Positions 1-10,749 of a DNA stretch of 64,000 nucleotides are shown one piece after another. This stretch comes from an uncultured delta proteobacterium. Its GTDB lineage: Bacteria; Myxococcota_A; Polyangia; Fen-1088. The DNA lies in NCBI GenBank assembly GCA_963737265.1, contig CAVTRY010000013.1, positions 160,001 to 224,000 on the forward strand, read 5' to 3'. Both the position numbers and the translations under genes were made by a program. Position 1 is the first letter of the stretch. Every line of letters starts with the position of its first letter. Below the pieces are notes generated by a model. It had not been told where the DNA came from. It worked only from the letters and a program-made list of their open reading frames with translations, and made no database searches.

Positions 1-281
1 ACATCGAAGCCCGCGTCGAGGTGCGCGCGTTCCTGGCCGAATCCATCCGTTCGCTTGGCCTGCCCACCATCCTGGTCACCCACGACATCATGGACGTGGA
101 GGCGCTCGCTGGACGGGTGGCCGTACTCGAAAAGGGACGAGTCGCGGGCTGCGGATTGCCTGCCGACATCCGCAAGGCTCCGCCCACGCCCTTTGCCAAC
201 AAGTTCCTGTCGACGCCCGCGTCCGAGGGCGTCGTCTCGATTTCCAATCCTGTCACCGACGGATGTTTTCATCACAACTGA
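1..281 (+). CDS. ABC transporter ATP-binding protein, C-terminal part (ModC/CysA-like); 5' end outside the window
   Basis: Translation contains the H-loop 'TILVTHD' followed by 'RVAVLEKGRV...G.P', typical of anion ABC ATPases. The frame is open to the window edge. Confidence 0.8.
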   Translation, partial: IEARVEVRAFLAESIRSLGLPTILVTHDIMDVEALAGRVAVLEKGRVAGCGLPADIRKAPPTPFANKFLSTPASEGVVSISNPVTDGCFHHN

Positions 282-298
282 AGTAGGAGGTTTCTGCC

Positions 299-1927
299 AT
301 GTCACTGCGTCCCGCTCGCAAGTTCAGACTTGCCCCCACCGCTCTCGGTCTTCTTACCGTTTGTTTCACCCTGCCTGGATGTGGCAGCGATTCGGGGACC
401 AAACTGACGGATGCCGGGATCGACGCCGCGAAGGATGCGCCGACCCTCGCGGATTTGGCCGCCCCAGGTTTGGACGTCGCCGTGGCTGATACCTTCCCAA
501 AGGGGGACGATGTCACGGTCGCGTCAGGCGACGCCGCACAGATCGATGCCGTTCAGACCGATGCCCCGCAAATCGATGCTGCCTCGGCCGATCTGGCACT
601 CGACACGGGCACAGCCGTCGACACGAGCCCTGCCATGGATGGCGGAGGCATCGACGGTGCCGCCCTGCCAGCATGCGCGTCCCTGGTGAATCCCCTCTAC
701 ATCATGACGGGCGATACACAGGTGCCAGTGCTGCAAACGCTCGGAAAGGCGTTGCGGCAGGGCGCGAATCCCGTGACCCTAGTTTGGTTCGCCACCGGCT
801 CCTGCACCATCATCAATGCCGTCTACGCCGGCACGCCGATCACCCAGGTGCCATCGTATATCCCCTCCGATCCCAACTGGGATTCCACGACAGGGGCGCT
901 ACCGACTTGTGCGCTGGAAAGCGGTGGTCACAGTGTGGACATCGGCATTCCCATCGTCTTCCCTAGCGCGTGCACGACCGATTCGCCGCCTGCCAATCTG
1001 GGTGCGTTTACGGGCCCGGCGCAGTCCATGCTATTCGTCGTACCGCGAAGCGCTTCGCCCGAAGCCATCAGCTCAGGTCAGGCCAAGCTGGTGTTTGGCC
1101 AAGGCGCGGCGGGTAACGTCGTGCCTTGGATCGATCCGAATTTCTATTTCGTTCGACCGCCCACCAAGGGTACGGAAGTCAGTCTCGGAGCACTGATAGG
1201 CTTGCCGGCGGCCAAATGGCTCGGGCAACAGATCAACCTCTCTCCCGATGTCGCAACCAAGATGGCCTCATCGACCTCGCCGGAAGAGACTATCGGCATC
1301 CTTGGCAGCGAGATCTACGATAGCGCGACCAACCGGGCCAACCTGAAGGCACTGGCTTTCCAGGCTGTGGGGCAACCCAACGGCTATCTTCCTGATTCCA
1401 CAGCCACGGCCTTCGACAAGCGCAGTCTTCGCGAAGGACACTACCCTGCATGGTCGCACGTGTTCTATTTGACCACGGTCGCGGCCGTTGATGGCGGTGC
1501 CGCCCACCCTGTCAACCCCAACGCCAAGCTCTTCATCGACATTCTCACCAACACGGCGGATCCTGGAATTCCCACCGGACTCGACCCCGTCGCGCTGGTG
1601 GCGCAGAAGGGGCTCATTCCTTTGTGTGCGATGACGGTAGACCGCTCCGTGGAAGGCGGTGCTCTCTCCCTCTTCTCACCTCCCGATCCGTGCGGTTGCT
1701 ACTACGAGAGCAAGGTGGGAACGCCACCAGCTTCATGCATTGCTTGCACGACCAGTGGGTCTTGCGCCTCGGGCACCACCTGTCGACATGGCTTCTGCGA
1801 AGCCGATGACGGCCGCACCTCGCTGAGCGATTGCAGCGCGCTTCCCGCAGGTGCCACCAACGCACAGATTCTCAACAATACCTGCACGGCCGGCGCGCGC
1901 TTCCAGAGCGATCCCATTCCATCCTAA
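299..1927 (+). CDS. Lipoprotein with a probable periplasmic-binding-protein (PstS/ModA-like) domain and a Cys-rich C-terminus
   Basis: 542-aa ORF with RBS AGGAG, lipobox-like 'LPGC' and a DA-rich linker. PBP-like segments 'FVRPPTKGT' and 'IGILG...LKALAFQ...Y..WSHVFY'. Confidence 0.65.
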   Translation: MSLRPARKFRLAPTALGLLTVCFTLPGCGSDSGTKLTDAGIDAAKDAPTLADLAAPGLDVAVADTFPKGDDVTVASGDAAQIDAVQTDAPQIDAASADLALDTGTAVDTSPAMDGGGIDGAALPACASLVNPLYIMTGDTQVPVLQTLGKALRQGANPVTLVWFATGSCTIINAVYAGTPITQVPSYIPSDPNWDSTTGALPTCALESGGHSVDIGIPIVFPSACTTDSPPANLGAFTGPAQSMLFVVPRSASPEAISSGQAKLVFGQGAAGNVVPWIDPNFYFVRPPTKGTEVSLGALIGLPAAKWLGQQINLSPDVATKMASSTSPEETIGILGSEIYDSATNRANLKALAFQAVGQPNGYLPDSTATAFDKRSLREGHYPAWSHVFYLTTVAAVDGGAAHPVNPNAKLFIDILTNTADPGIPTGLDPVALVAQKGLIPLCAMTVDRSVEGGALSLFSPPDPCGCYYESKVGTPPASCIACTTSGSCASGTTCRHGFCEADDGRTSLSDCSALPAGATNAQILNNTCTAGARFQSDPIPS

Positions 1928-3219
1928 TGCGGGTTCGTGCCGTTACCTTGAGCACGTTCTTCCTGGCCTGGGCGGTGCAGACCGCCCAGGCTGAGGAGGC
2001 CCCCGCTGCGTCGGCAGCATCGCCAGCCATCCCCTCGACGGCAGCGCTCCAGGGCAAAGAATGGAGCCTCGTCGTGGGAGGGTTCCTGCAAGCCGATGCC
2101 GTTATCGTGGACCAGTCCGCGCAGGACCAGCTTTCTCCTGCTGGCGGCGATCCGCTCAATACCGAGCGCTTTCTCATCCGGCGCGCCCACCTCTTCGTCG
2201 AAGCCCACCGCCTCGCTCTTTCGGCCGCGATCGAGCTGGACGGGAACACGGTCAAGGGCATGGCAGTGGGCCTGGCGCGGGCCGAGCTGGCGCTCGGCCG
2301 GACGCGACCGGGATGGGATGCGGAGGCTGCCCTTGGTCTTCTTCGCATTCCCTTTGGACTGGAGGTCCAGGAGTGGGATCCGGATCGCTACTTTTTGGAA
2401 CGCAGCAACGTCAGCCGGGCGCTCTTTCCCGGCACCTTCGACCTGGGCGGGCGAGCCAAGGGGTCCTGGCGATTCCTGCGTGCGCAATTCGCCGTGATGA
2501 ACGGCCATCCGCTCGGGGATGCGTCCTTCCCCGCGCGCGATCCCAATGCCGCCAAGGATTTCGTCGGTAGACTCGGGATCGACGCCACGGTGGCGGGCAA
2601 GGTCCATATCGGCGCCGGGTTTTCTTCGCTCAAGGGCACGGGCTTTCATCCCGGCACGCCCGCAACCAAGGACGTCCTGGTGTGGAACGACCAGAACGAG
2701 GACGGAATCGTCCAGTTGCCCGAGATCCAGGTCATTTCCGGTCGGGCGGCGACGCCCTCGCAGAACTTCTCGCGTTTTGCCGTTGGGGGTGACAGCCGAA
2801 TCGGTGCCTCCATTCCTCGCGTGGGGCAATTGATGCTTTTCGCGGAAGTCGTGTGGGCCGCCAACTTGGATCGAGGATTGGTGCCCGCCGATCCTATCGC
2901 GTCTGGCCGCGACCTGCGCGAATTCGGCTGGGTGCTCGGGGCCAGCCAGGAATTGACCTCACACGCCGCCTTCGGGGTTCGCTACGACTTCTACAATCCC
3001 GACGTGGATGGCTTTCGGCAGACTCCCATCGCCCTCGCGCCCAAGGATATGTCCTTTCGGACATGGACGTTCACGCTCTCGTGGGGCGGTATGGCCCGCG
3101 ATCGATTGCTGCTCGAATACCAGCACAACCATAACGTGCTGGCGGTGGCCGCCGATGGCTCGCCCACAACGCTGGCCGCGGACACGCTGACCCTCCGCGG
3201 ACAAGTGGTTTTCCAATGA
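1927..3219 (+). CDS. Outer-membrane porin (OprO/OprP-like anion-selective porin)
   Basis: ATG overlaps the upstream TAA. Signal peptide, 'GGFLQAD', 'FLIRRAHL', 'RIPFGLE', 'KDFVGR' and C-terminal 'LRGQVVF' beta-signal. Confidence 0.75.
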   Translation: MRVRAVTLSTFFLAWAVQTAQAEEAPAASAASPAIPSTAALQGKEWSLVVGGFLQADAVIVDQSAQDQLSPAGGDPLNTERFLIRRAHLFVEAHRLALSAAIELDGNTVKGMAVGLARAELALGRTRPGWDAEAALGLLRIPFGLEVQEWDPDRYFLERSNVSRALFPGTFDLGGRAKGSWRFLRAQFAVMNGHPLGDASFPARDPNAAKDFVGRLGIDATVAGKVHIGAGFSSLKGTGFHPGTPATKDVLVWNDQNEDGIVQLPEIQVISGRAATPSQNFSRFAVGGDSRIGASIPRVGQLMLFAEVVWAANLDRGLVPADPIASGRDLREFGWVLGASQELTSHAAFGVRYDFYNPDVDGFRQTPIALAPKDMSFRTWTFTLSWGGMARDRLLLEYQHNHNVLAVAADGSPTTLAADTLTLRGQVVFQ

Positions 3220-4118
3220 GATGTCGACCGGGTGCCTTGGCGGTGGTGTTGGCCCTGGCCGAGTGCGGAGGCGTTGCCAGCGACACCGGACTGGAGGCTC
3301 TTGTGCGTGTCAGTGGCAGCCAGTTCTATCGCGGCGCCATCGAGAAGCTCGACAGCGCGAGCGCTCCCGCTGTAGTCGATGTGCTCAATAGCCAGACCGT
3401 GATCTCTCCTGGCCTGCAGAACAAACAGATCTCCGGCCGCATGGATCCGGGCACTACGGCCGTGGCTATTGGATTCGCGGGTGACGTCGGCTACTGGATT
3501 CTTCCCGCAGACGTGCCCGACTCGAACAGCCCCACGCAACCAACCTTCCACGCCAGTCTGTCCTTTTCGCCCTCGCTGTCTGCCAAGTCCTACGACTTGC
3601 TTGTACGTGCAGTTTCGCCACCCAATGTCTTCGGGCCCGCGGCACACGTGTCGCTTGAGGTCGAGCAAACCCTGCCTCCCACCGGGGCATTGGTAGTTTC
3701 GCTTTGGTGGGACACCGAGTCCGATCTCGACCTGCATGTGGTCGATGCCTTTGGCGACGAGATCTGGGCTGGCCAAATCAACTCGTTCGATCCCTATGCC
3801 GCCACCCCGACCACCGACGCTGGCGCGTGGAACGAAGGCGGCATCCTGGACTTCGATTCCAACGCCGGTTGTGTTATCGACGGCCGCTGCAACGAAAATG
3901 TGGTCTGGTCGGTGGGCCCACCGCCTGGCAATTACGTCGTGCGCGTCGACACCTTCTCGCTCTGTGGAAACTCAGCTGCGCGCTGGACCGTGGAGGCCCT
4001 GCTAGGCGGAGTCTCGCTCGGCAAGGCGGAGGGCGAGGCAGTCCCGTCCGACCAGCGCTTCACCAAGGGCAAGGGCGGTGGGCTGACGGCGTTGGCCTTC
4101 ACCATTCCACCGCCATGA
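3216..4118 (+). CDS. Lipoprotein with a YfaP/DUF2135-like domain
   Basis: ATGA overlap with the porin. Motif 'VSLWWDTESDLDLHVVD...LDFDSN...ENVVW...PPPGNYVVRVD'. Confidence 0.65.
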   Translation: MRCRPGALAVVLALAECGGVASDTGLEALVRVSGSQFYRGAIEKLDSASAPAVVDVLNSQTVISPGLQNKQISGRMDPGTTAVAIGFAGDVGYWILPADVPDSNSPTQPTFHASLSFSPSLSAKSYDLLVRAVSPPNVFGPAAHVSLEVEQTLPPTGALVVSLWWDTESDLDLHVVDAFGDEIWAGQINSFDPYAATPTTDAGAWNEGGILDFDSNAGCVIDGRCNENVVWSVGPPPGNYVVRVDTFSLCGNSAARWTVEALLGGVSLGKAEGEAVPSDQRFTKGKGGGLTALAFTIPPP

Positions 4119-6161
4119 GCGTGTGTTCGAGATTCTTCGTGTTGGCGATGCTTGCAACCGTAGACGCAAAAATGGCAACCGCAGCCGAAGCCTACGAGAC
4201 CATCGTGATCGCGCCAACCTCGAAAGAAGCCGGCGAGGCAGATGTGCGAACCGAGGAGCTTCGCCAGGCGCCGGGCGCACAGGGCGACGCCGGCAAGGCT
4301 CTAGAAAACTTGCCTGGCGTGGCGCGGCCCGCGCTCACGGGAGGGGAATTGATAGTGTGGGGCGCAACGCCGGATGAGACGCGGGTCGTGTTCGACGGCA
4401 TGGAGATCCCGGCGCTATACCATCTAGGGGGACTTCGCTCGAACGGTTCCTTCCAGCTTCGTGCGCTCGCTCGCGCTCGTGCCGGGTGGCTACGGGGCCG
4501 CCTTCGGCCGCGGCCTTGGAGGACTGGTTTGCATTACCAGTCGAGACCCGCCTGTCGAACGCTACGCAGGCGAAGTGGATGTGGAAGTCCTCGACACGTC
4601 CTTCGAAGCCGGCACTGCCTTCGGACACGAGGGTGGTGTTCTGGCCGCGGGCCGCGTCGGCTATCTCGACCGCATTCTCGACGGAGTACTCTCTTCGAAC
4701 ACGCGTCGACTCTTTCCACTCCCCCACTATTACGATTTCCAAGGCAAGCTGTCGTTTCCTTTGCGCGACGACGAGGAGGCCGACGTGCTCTTTCTTACCT
4801 CGTCCGACTCAAGTGCCCTCACCAGCGCCAGCCCAAGCCCATCCTCCGCGGCCGACCAGAAACAGGATCGATCCTTCACGCGCCTCGGGATTCACTATGT
4901 GCGCTTTCTTGCCGATGGCTCGGGGGAGTCGCTGACGCCCTTCGTGGGTTGGGATCACACGAGCCGCAGCCAAACCGTCGGGCTTGCCGTGGCGAGCGAG
5001 ACGGTAGATTCCACCGTACTCGGGTTGCGCGGGGACTACGTTGCGTCTCTGTCGTGGTCCGACTTGACCCTCGGTTTCGACGGGATGATGACGTGGTCGA
5101 CCGTGCAACGGGCAGGGCCCGCCACCTTGCCGGCGCGTGAAGGCGACATCACGGCCTTTGGACAGCCGATGGCTGCCAGTGGCAGCGCGGACGCATGGAC
5201 GACAGCGATTGGCAATCTGGCACCCTACGCGACGTTGGAGATCACGCGCGGGCGCTGGCGGGTAGTTCCGTCGTTTCGTTTCGATGGCTATGCCATATCA
5301 ACAAATCGGAGCACCCCGCCAAGTGGTGTCACGCCTCAAGTGGGCACCGCGAGTTTGTCGTGGTCGCCAGCACCTCGCCTTGCTGTGGCAAACCAAACCC
5401 GATCCTGGTTGCGCGAGGACGTTGCCTTCGGCCTCTATCACCAAGCCCCTTCGCCCAGCGACTTGAGCGCGGTCTTTGGCACCCCCACGCTGGGTACCAT
5501 GCATGCGCTGCACGCGGTTGTTGGGGCGGACGCGGATGTAAGCCACAAGCTCAACGTGGAGCCCACTCTGTTCTATAGGCGCACGTGGAATCTTGTAATG
5601 CGCAACCCCGACCCAAGTCCGCCCCTTGCGCACGCGCTCGTGCAAGATGGTGTGGGGCGCGCCTACGGTGCCCAGCTCCTGCTGCGCTTCAGACCCCACC
5701 CCGCTTTCTCCGGCTGGGTGGCCTACACGCTCAGCCGTAGCGAGCGCCGGCACGAGGGCGATCCCTCTTACCGACTGCTCGACCAAGATCAAACTCACCT
5801 CCTAACGGCGGTCGAGAACGTAACTTTTCGTAGCCTCGTCCTCGGCCTGCGATTTCGCTTGGCGACCGGCATGCCGCGAACGCCGGTTGTTGGCAGCTAT
5901 CTCGACACGACAACGGGACAGTATCAACCCATCTTCGGGCGGCAGAACTCGATCCGCCTCCCGGTTTTCTACGCGATCGACCTGCGCCTGGAGAAGCGCT
6001 TTCACCGTCGCACGGTGGATCTCGTTCCGTATCTCGAAGTCCTCAATCTTACGAATCACGCCAACGTTGAGGAGTTTGCGTACGATGAGCAATTCACCTC
6101 GCGTTCCAACATCACCGGTCTACCCCTCCTGGCGGTGGCCGGACTGTCGGTGAGGTTCTGA
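4115..6161 (+). pseudogene. TonB-dependent receptor split by a +1 frameshift at about 4442
   Basis: Plug motifs 'KALENLPGVAR' and 'LYHLGGLRS' lie in one frame; 'LVPGGYGAAFGRGLGG' and the barrel ending 'GLSVRF' lie in another. Removing one A from CTCGAACGG restores 'GLRSTVPSSFVRS'. Confidence 0.8.
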
Positions 6162-7060
6162 TGCGCTTCTGCCAACTCGCTGGGCTTGTGATCGTACTCG
6201 GCTGTTCGCCGGACATGGGCCATCCCGCGTCGCTGATAACCGGCGAACGGATCCTCGGCGTGCGCGCTCTTCCCGCCGAGGCTGGCCCCAGCGACACGGT
6301 CCAATACACAAGTCTCGTGGCTTCGCCGCTGGGAACTGTCAGCGAACCATCCTTGCTGTGGAGCCTGTGCAGACTGCGCAAGCCGGTGGATGAGAACACA
6401 CCTGTCAGCCAAGCCTGTCTGACTGCTGATTTGACGGCCTCGGCCCAAGGTGACCAGATCTCGATCCAAACGCCCAGCGCAGCCTGCGTGAACTTCGGTC
6501 CGCTCGCGCCGCCATCGACCGCTGGAACCTTGCGTCCTACCGATCCAGACACGACGGGCGGCTACTACCAGCCCATTCGCTTGGACTTGAACGGACAACA
6601 GGCCATCGTGCGCGAACGCCTGCACTGCGATCTTGCCGGAGCGTCACTGCTCCTGTCGCAGGAATTTCGGGCACGCTACACGCCAAACCAGAACCCGAGC
6701 CTGGTGTCACTGTCCGCCTTCGCGGGCGACACCCCCGTCTCTCTCGATGCCCTTCCAGCCGGGCAACTCCTCCGCTTAGTCGTGGCTTGGTCGCCCGGGT
6801 CGGCTGAAACATTTCCCGTCTTCGACGCGGTTTCGCAAACACTCACCGACCAGCGCGAAGCGCTCTGGTTGTCGTGGTTCACGACAGCCGGGCGATTCGA
6901 CGATTTCTCCACCGGACGCGCAGCGGCCGACACCAGGGCCTGGTCGGAAAACGCGTGGCAAGCGCCCGCGCAGGCGGGCACCGTCTTCCTGTGGCTGGTG
7001 CTGCATGACAGCCGTGGCGGATCCGACTTCGCGGCCTACTCACTAACGGTTGCACCGTAA
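6161..7060 (+). CDS. Lipoprotein of the kind found after TonB receptors in myxobacteria
   Basis: Lipobox 'VLGC', 'RILGVRA.P', C-terminal 'LWLVLHDSRGG'. Translationally coupled to the receptor. Confidence 0.7.
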   Translation: MRFCQLAGLVIVLGCSPDMGHPASLITGERILGVRALPAEAGPSDTVQYTSLVASPLGTVSEPSLLWSLCRLRKPVDENTPVSQACLTADLTASAQGDQISIQTPSAACVNFGPLAPPSTAGTLRPTDPDTTGGYYQPIRLDLNGQQAIVRERLHCDLAGASLLLSQEFRARYTPNQNPSLVSLSAFAGDTPVSLDALPAGQLLRLVVAWSPGSAETFPVFDAVSQTLTDQREALWLSWFTTAGRFDDFSTGRAAADTRAWSENAWQAPAQAGTVFLWLVLHDSRGGSDFAAYSLTVAP

Positions 7061-7061
7061 G

Positions 7062-7272
7062 TCAGCGGAGACCAAGCTGTGCGCGATTGCCGTTAGGCTC
7101 GCTCTCGGCAACCGGTGCTGTGCCGCGCTGGCGGCAGAAACATCGCACTTCCTCCTCGTCGAAACGCCACTCGTCACCCACCCGATGCGCCGGCAGCCCT
7201 CGCTTGAGCAGGCGGTAAACGTGCTTGGGATGAACCTTGTTCCAGCGGTGTTGCCACCCCCGAGCACGGCAT
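7062..7272 (-). pseudogene. Remnant of an excisionase-type (HTH_17) DNA-binding regulator
   Basis: 'KVHPKHVYRLLKRGLPAHRVGDEWRFDEEEV' is an HTH_17 signature. The first helix ('GVATPL') is in another frame and no C-terminal domain follows. Confidence 0.6.
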
Positions 7273-7375
7273 GGTTCCGTCACGAAGGACCGCGCATCTG
7301 TGGTAGGGGTGGGGTCGCCACGTCCATCCATACGCGCGGCGAGGTGGCTCGGTTTCGCTGCGATGAAAAAGGGGG

Positions 7376-8536
7376 CTAGCGCGCTCGCGGCAGGCCCGCC
7401 CTCTGCGCTTCGAGCAACCAGGTGGGCTTGGCGTAAACGTCGTCGAACATGCTCGACGTGGGCGGCGGGCCAGCGGCTTCCTCGCTGACGATGGCGGCGC
7501 GGATGTCGGCCGTGATGCGCTTGGCGAGCGCCGCCTGCGCGTCGGCGGAGAGAATCCCTTTCTCCGCGAGCCAGACGCCAAAGCGCAGCAGCGGATCTCT
7601 CTTGGACCAGGCCTTGTGCTCGGCTTCGTCCCGGTAGTGGGCGGGATCGTCGGCGCTGGAATGGGCACCCAGGCGATACGTCAGCGCCTCGATGAAAGTG
7701 GGGCCGCCACCGGCACGCGCTTTGTCCACGGCGGCCCGGATGGCCGAAAACATCGCCAAGACATCGTTGCCGTCGACGCGCAGTGAAGGTACGGCATAGG
7801 CAAGTCCCTTCACCGCCAAGGTTTCCGCCTGGGTCTGCACGGACACCGGCGTGGAAATCGCCCACTGATTGTTCTGGCACACGAACACCACTGGCGCTTG
7901 GTAGACGGCGGCGAAGTTCAAGCCGGCGTGGAAGTCATCCTCGCTGGTGGCGCCGTCGCCGAAGAAACACAGGGCGACAGTGCTTTCCTTGCGAATTTTG
8001 GCGGCCCAGGCGATTCCCACGGCGTGAGGGATCTGCGACGCTACACACGACGAGGTGCTCACATGCCTGATGCGGACGGTGCTTACATGACAAGGCATCT
8101 GTCGGCCTCGTCCCGAGTCGTGATCCGTGCCCAAAATCTGCGCGATGTACTTGGTCAGGGGCAAGCCGCGATAGATCGCCGCCGCGCCCTCGCGCAGGCC
8201 CTGCACGAAAAAGTCTGTCGCGGCGATGGCATGCGCACCGGCGATGGCGCCCGCCTCTTGCCCGCGCGCCTCGAAATAATGGCCGATGCGTCCCTGGCGT
8301 TGCAGCGGCAGCAACTGGTCATCGAGCAGGCGGCTGGTGAGCATCCCTTGGTACAGACGAAACAAAGCCTCGGCGGAAAGTTGGGGCTCGGACGCCGCAT
8401 CGGCGTGGCCATCCTCGTCGAGGATGCGGAAAACGCCCGTCGCGCGCGCGTAGTCTTCGTCCGACCAGACCTCTACGCAGGCCACGCTGTCGGCGGTGAG
8501 CTGGCCCGAACGACTCTTGCTGGTCGGCTGTGCCAT
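7376..8536 (-). CDS. 2-oxoacid (branched-chain/pyruvate) dehydrogenase E1 alpha subunit
   Basis: 'QRQGRIG', ThDP motif 'GDGATSE...NNQWAIS', 'TYRLGAHSSADDP'. Confidence 0.95.
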   Translation of the reverse strand: MAQPTSKSRSGQLTADSVACVEVWSDEDYARATGVFRILDEDGHADAASEPQLSAEALFRLYQGMLTSRLLDDQLLPLQRQGRIGHYFEARGQEAGAIAGAHAIAATDFFVQGLREGAAAIYRGLPLTKYIAQILGTDHDSGRGRQMPCHVSTVRIRHVSTSSCVASQIPHAVGIAWAAKIRKESTVALCFFGDGATSEDDFHAGLNFAAVYQAPVVFVCQNNQWAISTPVSVQTQAETLAVKGLAYAVPSLRVDGNDVLAMFSAIRAAVDKARAGGGPTFIEALTYRLGAHSSADDPAHYRDEAEHKAWSKRDPLLRFGVWLAEKGILSADAQAALAKRITADIRAAIVSEEAAGPPPTSSMFDDVYAKPTWLLEAQRAGLPRAR

Positions 8537-8548
8537 ATCGCCACTGCT

Positions 8549-9751
8549 CTACGTGACGTCGAGGAAGATCAGCCCCGGCGTTTCCAGCGACGCCTTCATC
8601 TCGGCGACAAAGGTGGCGGCGTCGTAGCCATCGACCAGCCGGTGATCGACCGACATGGAAAGATTCATCATGTCGCGAACGACGATTTTGTCGTCCACCA
8701 CCGTGGGTCGCTTGGCGATCTTGTGGATGGCCAGAATCGCCACCTCGGGGTAGTTCACGATGGGCGTGGCCACGATACCGCCCAAGGAGCCGAGGCTGGT
8801 GATGGTGAACGTCGAGCCGCCTAGGTCGCGCGGGGAAACGCGCCCGTTCTTGGCCGCCACCGCCAGCCGCTCGACTTCCTTCGCCAGGTCGAGCAGCGAG
8901 CGCCGATCGGCATGCCGGATCACCGGGACCATCAAACCCTCGGGCGTCTGGGCCGCAATGCCGATGTGATACTCGCGGCGCTGAACGATTTCGCCCGCGG
9001 GCTCGTCGAGGGTGGCGTTGAGCTGGGGATGCTTCTTCAGGGCTTCCACCGCCGCTTTGACGAAGAAGGGCAGGTAGGTCAGCTTGAGGCCGTGCCCGGC
9101 CAGCCTGGCCTCGGCCTTGCCGCGCAGCTCGACCAGCTCGGTGCAGTCGATTTCTTCCACGTAGGTGAACTGCGCGACCTGGCGCTGGGTTAGCACCATG
9201 TGGTCGGCGATCATGCGGCGCACGCCGCGGAAGGGAATGCGCACGTCGCCGCTTGGCACCGAGGAAATGCCGGGCGTCGGCAGATTGTCGAAGGTGTCGC
9301 TGGTGGCGGATCCGACCTTGGCTGCGCGTACGTCGGCCGCGGTAATCTGACCCCCCGGGCCCGAGCCTTTGACATGCGCAAGGTCGACACCGAGCTCGCG
9401 CGCAAGGCGGCGCGTGGCGGGCGTGGCGAGCCCCCCGCCAGCCGCAGCCAGCGCATCGGACGAAGCAGCCGCTGCCTTGGCCGTCGCCAACTCGGGCGTC
9501 CTGTCGGCATCGATCACCACCTCGATCACGATCAGAACCTCGCCCACCGGACAGCGCTGGCCTTCCTTGAAGCGCCGTTCGAGCACGCGCCCCGCGCGCG
9601 GGGTGGCGATTTCCACGGTCGCCTTGTCGGTCATCACCTCGACCATGGGCTGGTCTTGCATGAGCACGTCGCCTTCCTTGACCAGCCAGCGGACGATCTC
9701 GCCCTCGGCCATGCCTTCGCCAATATCGGGCAGCTTGAATTCGTAGGACAT
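8549..9751 (-). CDS. Dihydrolipoamide acyltransferase (E2)
   Basis: Start at 'MSYEFKLPDIGEG'. Lipoyl motif 'TDKAT', E3-binding 'ATPATRRLARE', catalytic 'DHRLVDG'. Confidence 0.95.
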   Translation of the reverse strand: MSYEFKLPDIGEGMAEGEIVRWLVKEGDVLMQDQPMVEVMTDKATVEIATPRAGRVLERRFKEGQRCPVGEVLIVIEVVIDADRTPELATAKAAAASSDALAAAGGGLATPATRRLARELGVDLAHVKGSGPGGQITAADVRAAKVGSATSDTFDNLPTPGISSVPSGDVRIPFRGVRRMIADHMVLTQRQVAQFTYVEEIDCTELVELRGKAEARLAGHGLKLTYLPFFVKAAVEALKKHPQLNATLDEPAGEIVQRREYHIGIAAQTPEGLMVPVIRHADRRSLLDLAKEVERLAVAAKNGRVSPRDLGGSTFTITSLGSLGGIVATPIVNYPEVAILAIHKIAKRPTVVDDKIVVRDMMNLSMSVDHRLVDGYDAATFVAEMKASLETPGLIFLDVT

Positions 9752-9759
9752 GATTTCTC

Positions 9760-10749
9760 CTAGCCGGTGGTGACCTTTTCGACCGCGTCGAGAACGCGAT
9801 CCTTGTCGGGCAAGTAGTCGGGTTCGAGCGTGTAGGGGAATGGGGTATCGAAGCCGGTCACGCGCAGGATGGGCGCTTCGAGGTAGAGCAGGGCGTGCTC
9901 TTGAATGGACGCCGCCAGCTCGGCGCCGAAGCCGCAGGTGCGCGGGGCTTCGTGGACGATGACCACACGGCCGGTTTTCTGCACTGACTGGAGAATCGCT
10001 TCGAGGTCGAAGGGCAGGAGCGTGCGCAGATCGATGACTTCGATGTCGTAGCCCGCGCCGGCGCCTTTCTCGGCTGCTTCCATCGCCGTCGGCACCATGC
10101 CGCCCCAAGCGAGAAGAGTGACGGATCGTTCGGAGCGCGCGGCTGCCCGGCGCACGATCTTGGCTTGGCCGATGGGCACGGTGTAGTCGCCGGCCGGAAC
10201 TTCGCCGCGGCTGGTGCGGTACAGGCGCTTGGGTTCGAGGAAGATGACAGGGTCTTCGCCGCGAATAGCGGACGCAAGCAGTCCTTTGGTGTCGGCTGGC
10301 GTGGACGGATAAACGACCTGCAGACCCGGCGTGTGGATGAACACCGCCTCGGGCGATTGCGAATGGTAGTGCCCGCCGCGTACACCGCCGCCCGCGGGCA
10401 TGCGAATCACCACCGGCGCGGTGTACTCGCCGCCCGAGCGATAGCGTATCTTGGCCAGCTCGTTCACGATCTGGTCGAAGGCTGGGTACACGTAGTCGGC
10501 GAACTGGATTTCCGCCACGGGTCGCAGTCCGTAGAGCGCCATGCCGATGGCGGTGCCGACGATGCCGTTTTCGGCCAGCGGCGTGTCCATGCAGCGGTCG
10601 GCGCCGAATTCCTGCTGCAAACCCACCGTGGCGCGAAAGACACCACCGAAGCGGCCCACGTCTTCGCCCAGCACCACGACGCGACTGTCGCGTTGCATTT
10701 CCACGCGCAGGCAGTCGTTGATGGCCTGGATGATGTTCATCTCGGGCAT
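9760..10749 (-). CDS. 2-oxoacid dehydrogenase E1 beta subunit
   Basis: 'GEDVGRFGGVFRAT', 'AEIQFADY', 'GGHYHSQS'. Confidence 0.95.
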   Translation of the reverse strand: MPEMNIIQAINDCLRVEMQRDSRVVVLGEDVGRFGGVFRATVGLQQEFGADRCMDTPLAENGIVGTAIGMALYGLRPVAEIQFADYVYPAFDQIVNELAKIRYRSGGEYTAPVVIRMPAGGGVRGGHYHSQSPEAVFIHTPGLQVVYPSTPADTKGLLASAIRGEDPVIFLEPKRLYRTSRGEVPAGDYTVPIGQAKIVRRAAARSERSVTLLAWGGMVPTAMEAAEKGAGAGYDIEVIDLRTLLPFDLEAILQSVQKTGRVVIVHEAPRTCGFGAELAASIQEHALLYLEAPILRVTGFDTPFPYTLEPDYLPDKDRVLDAVEKVTTG

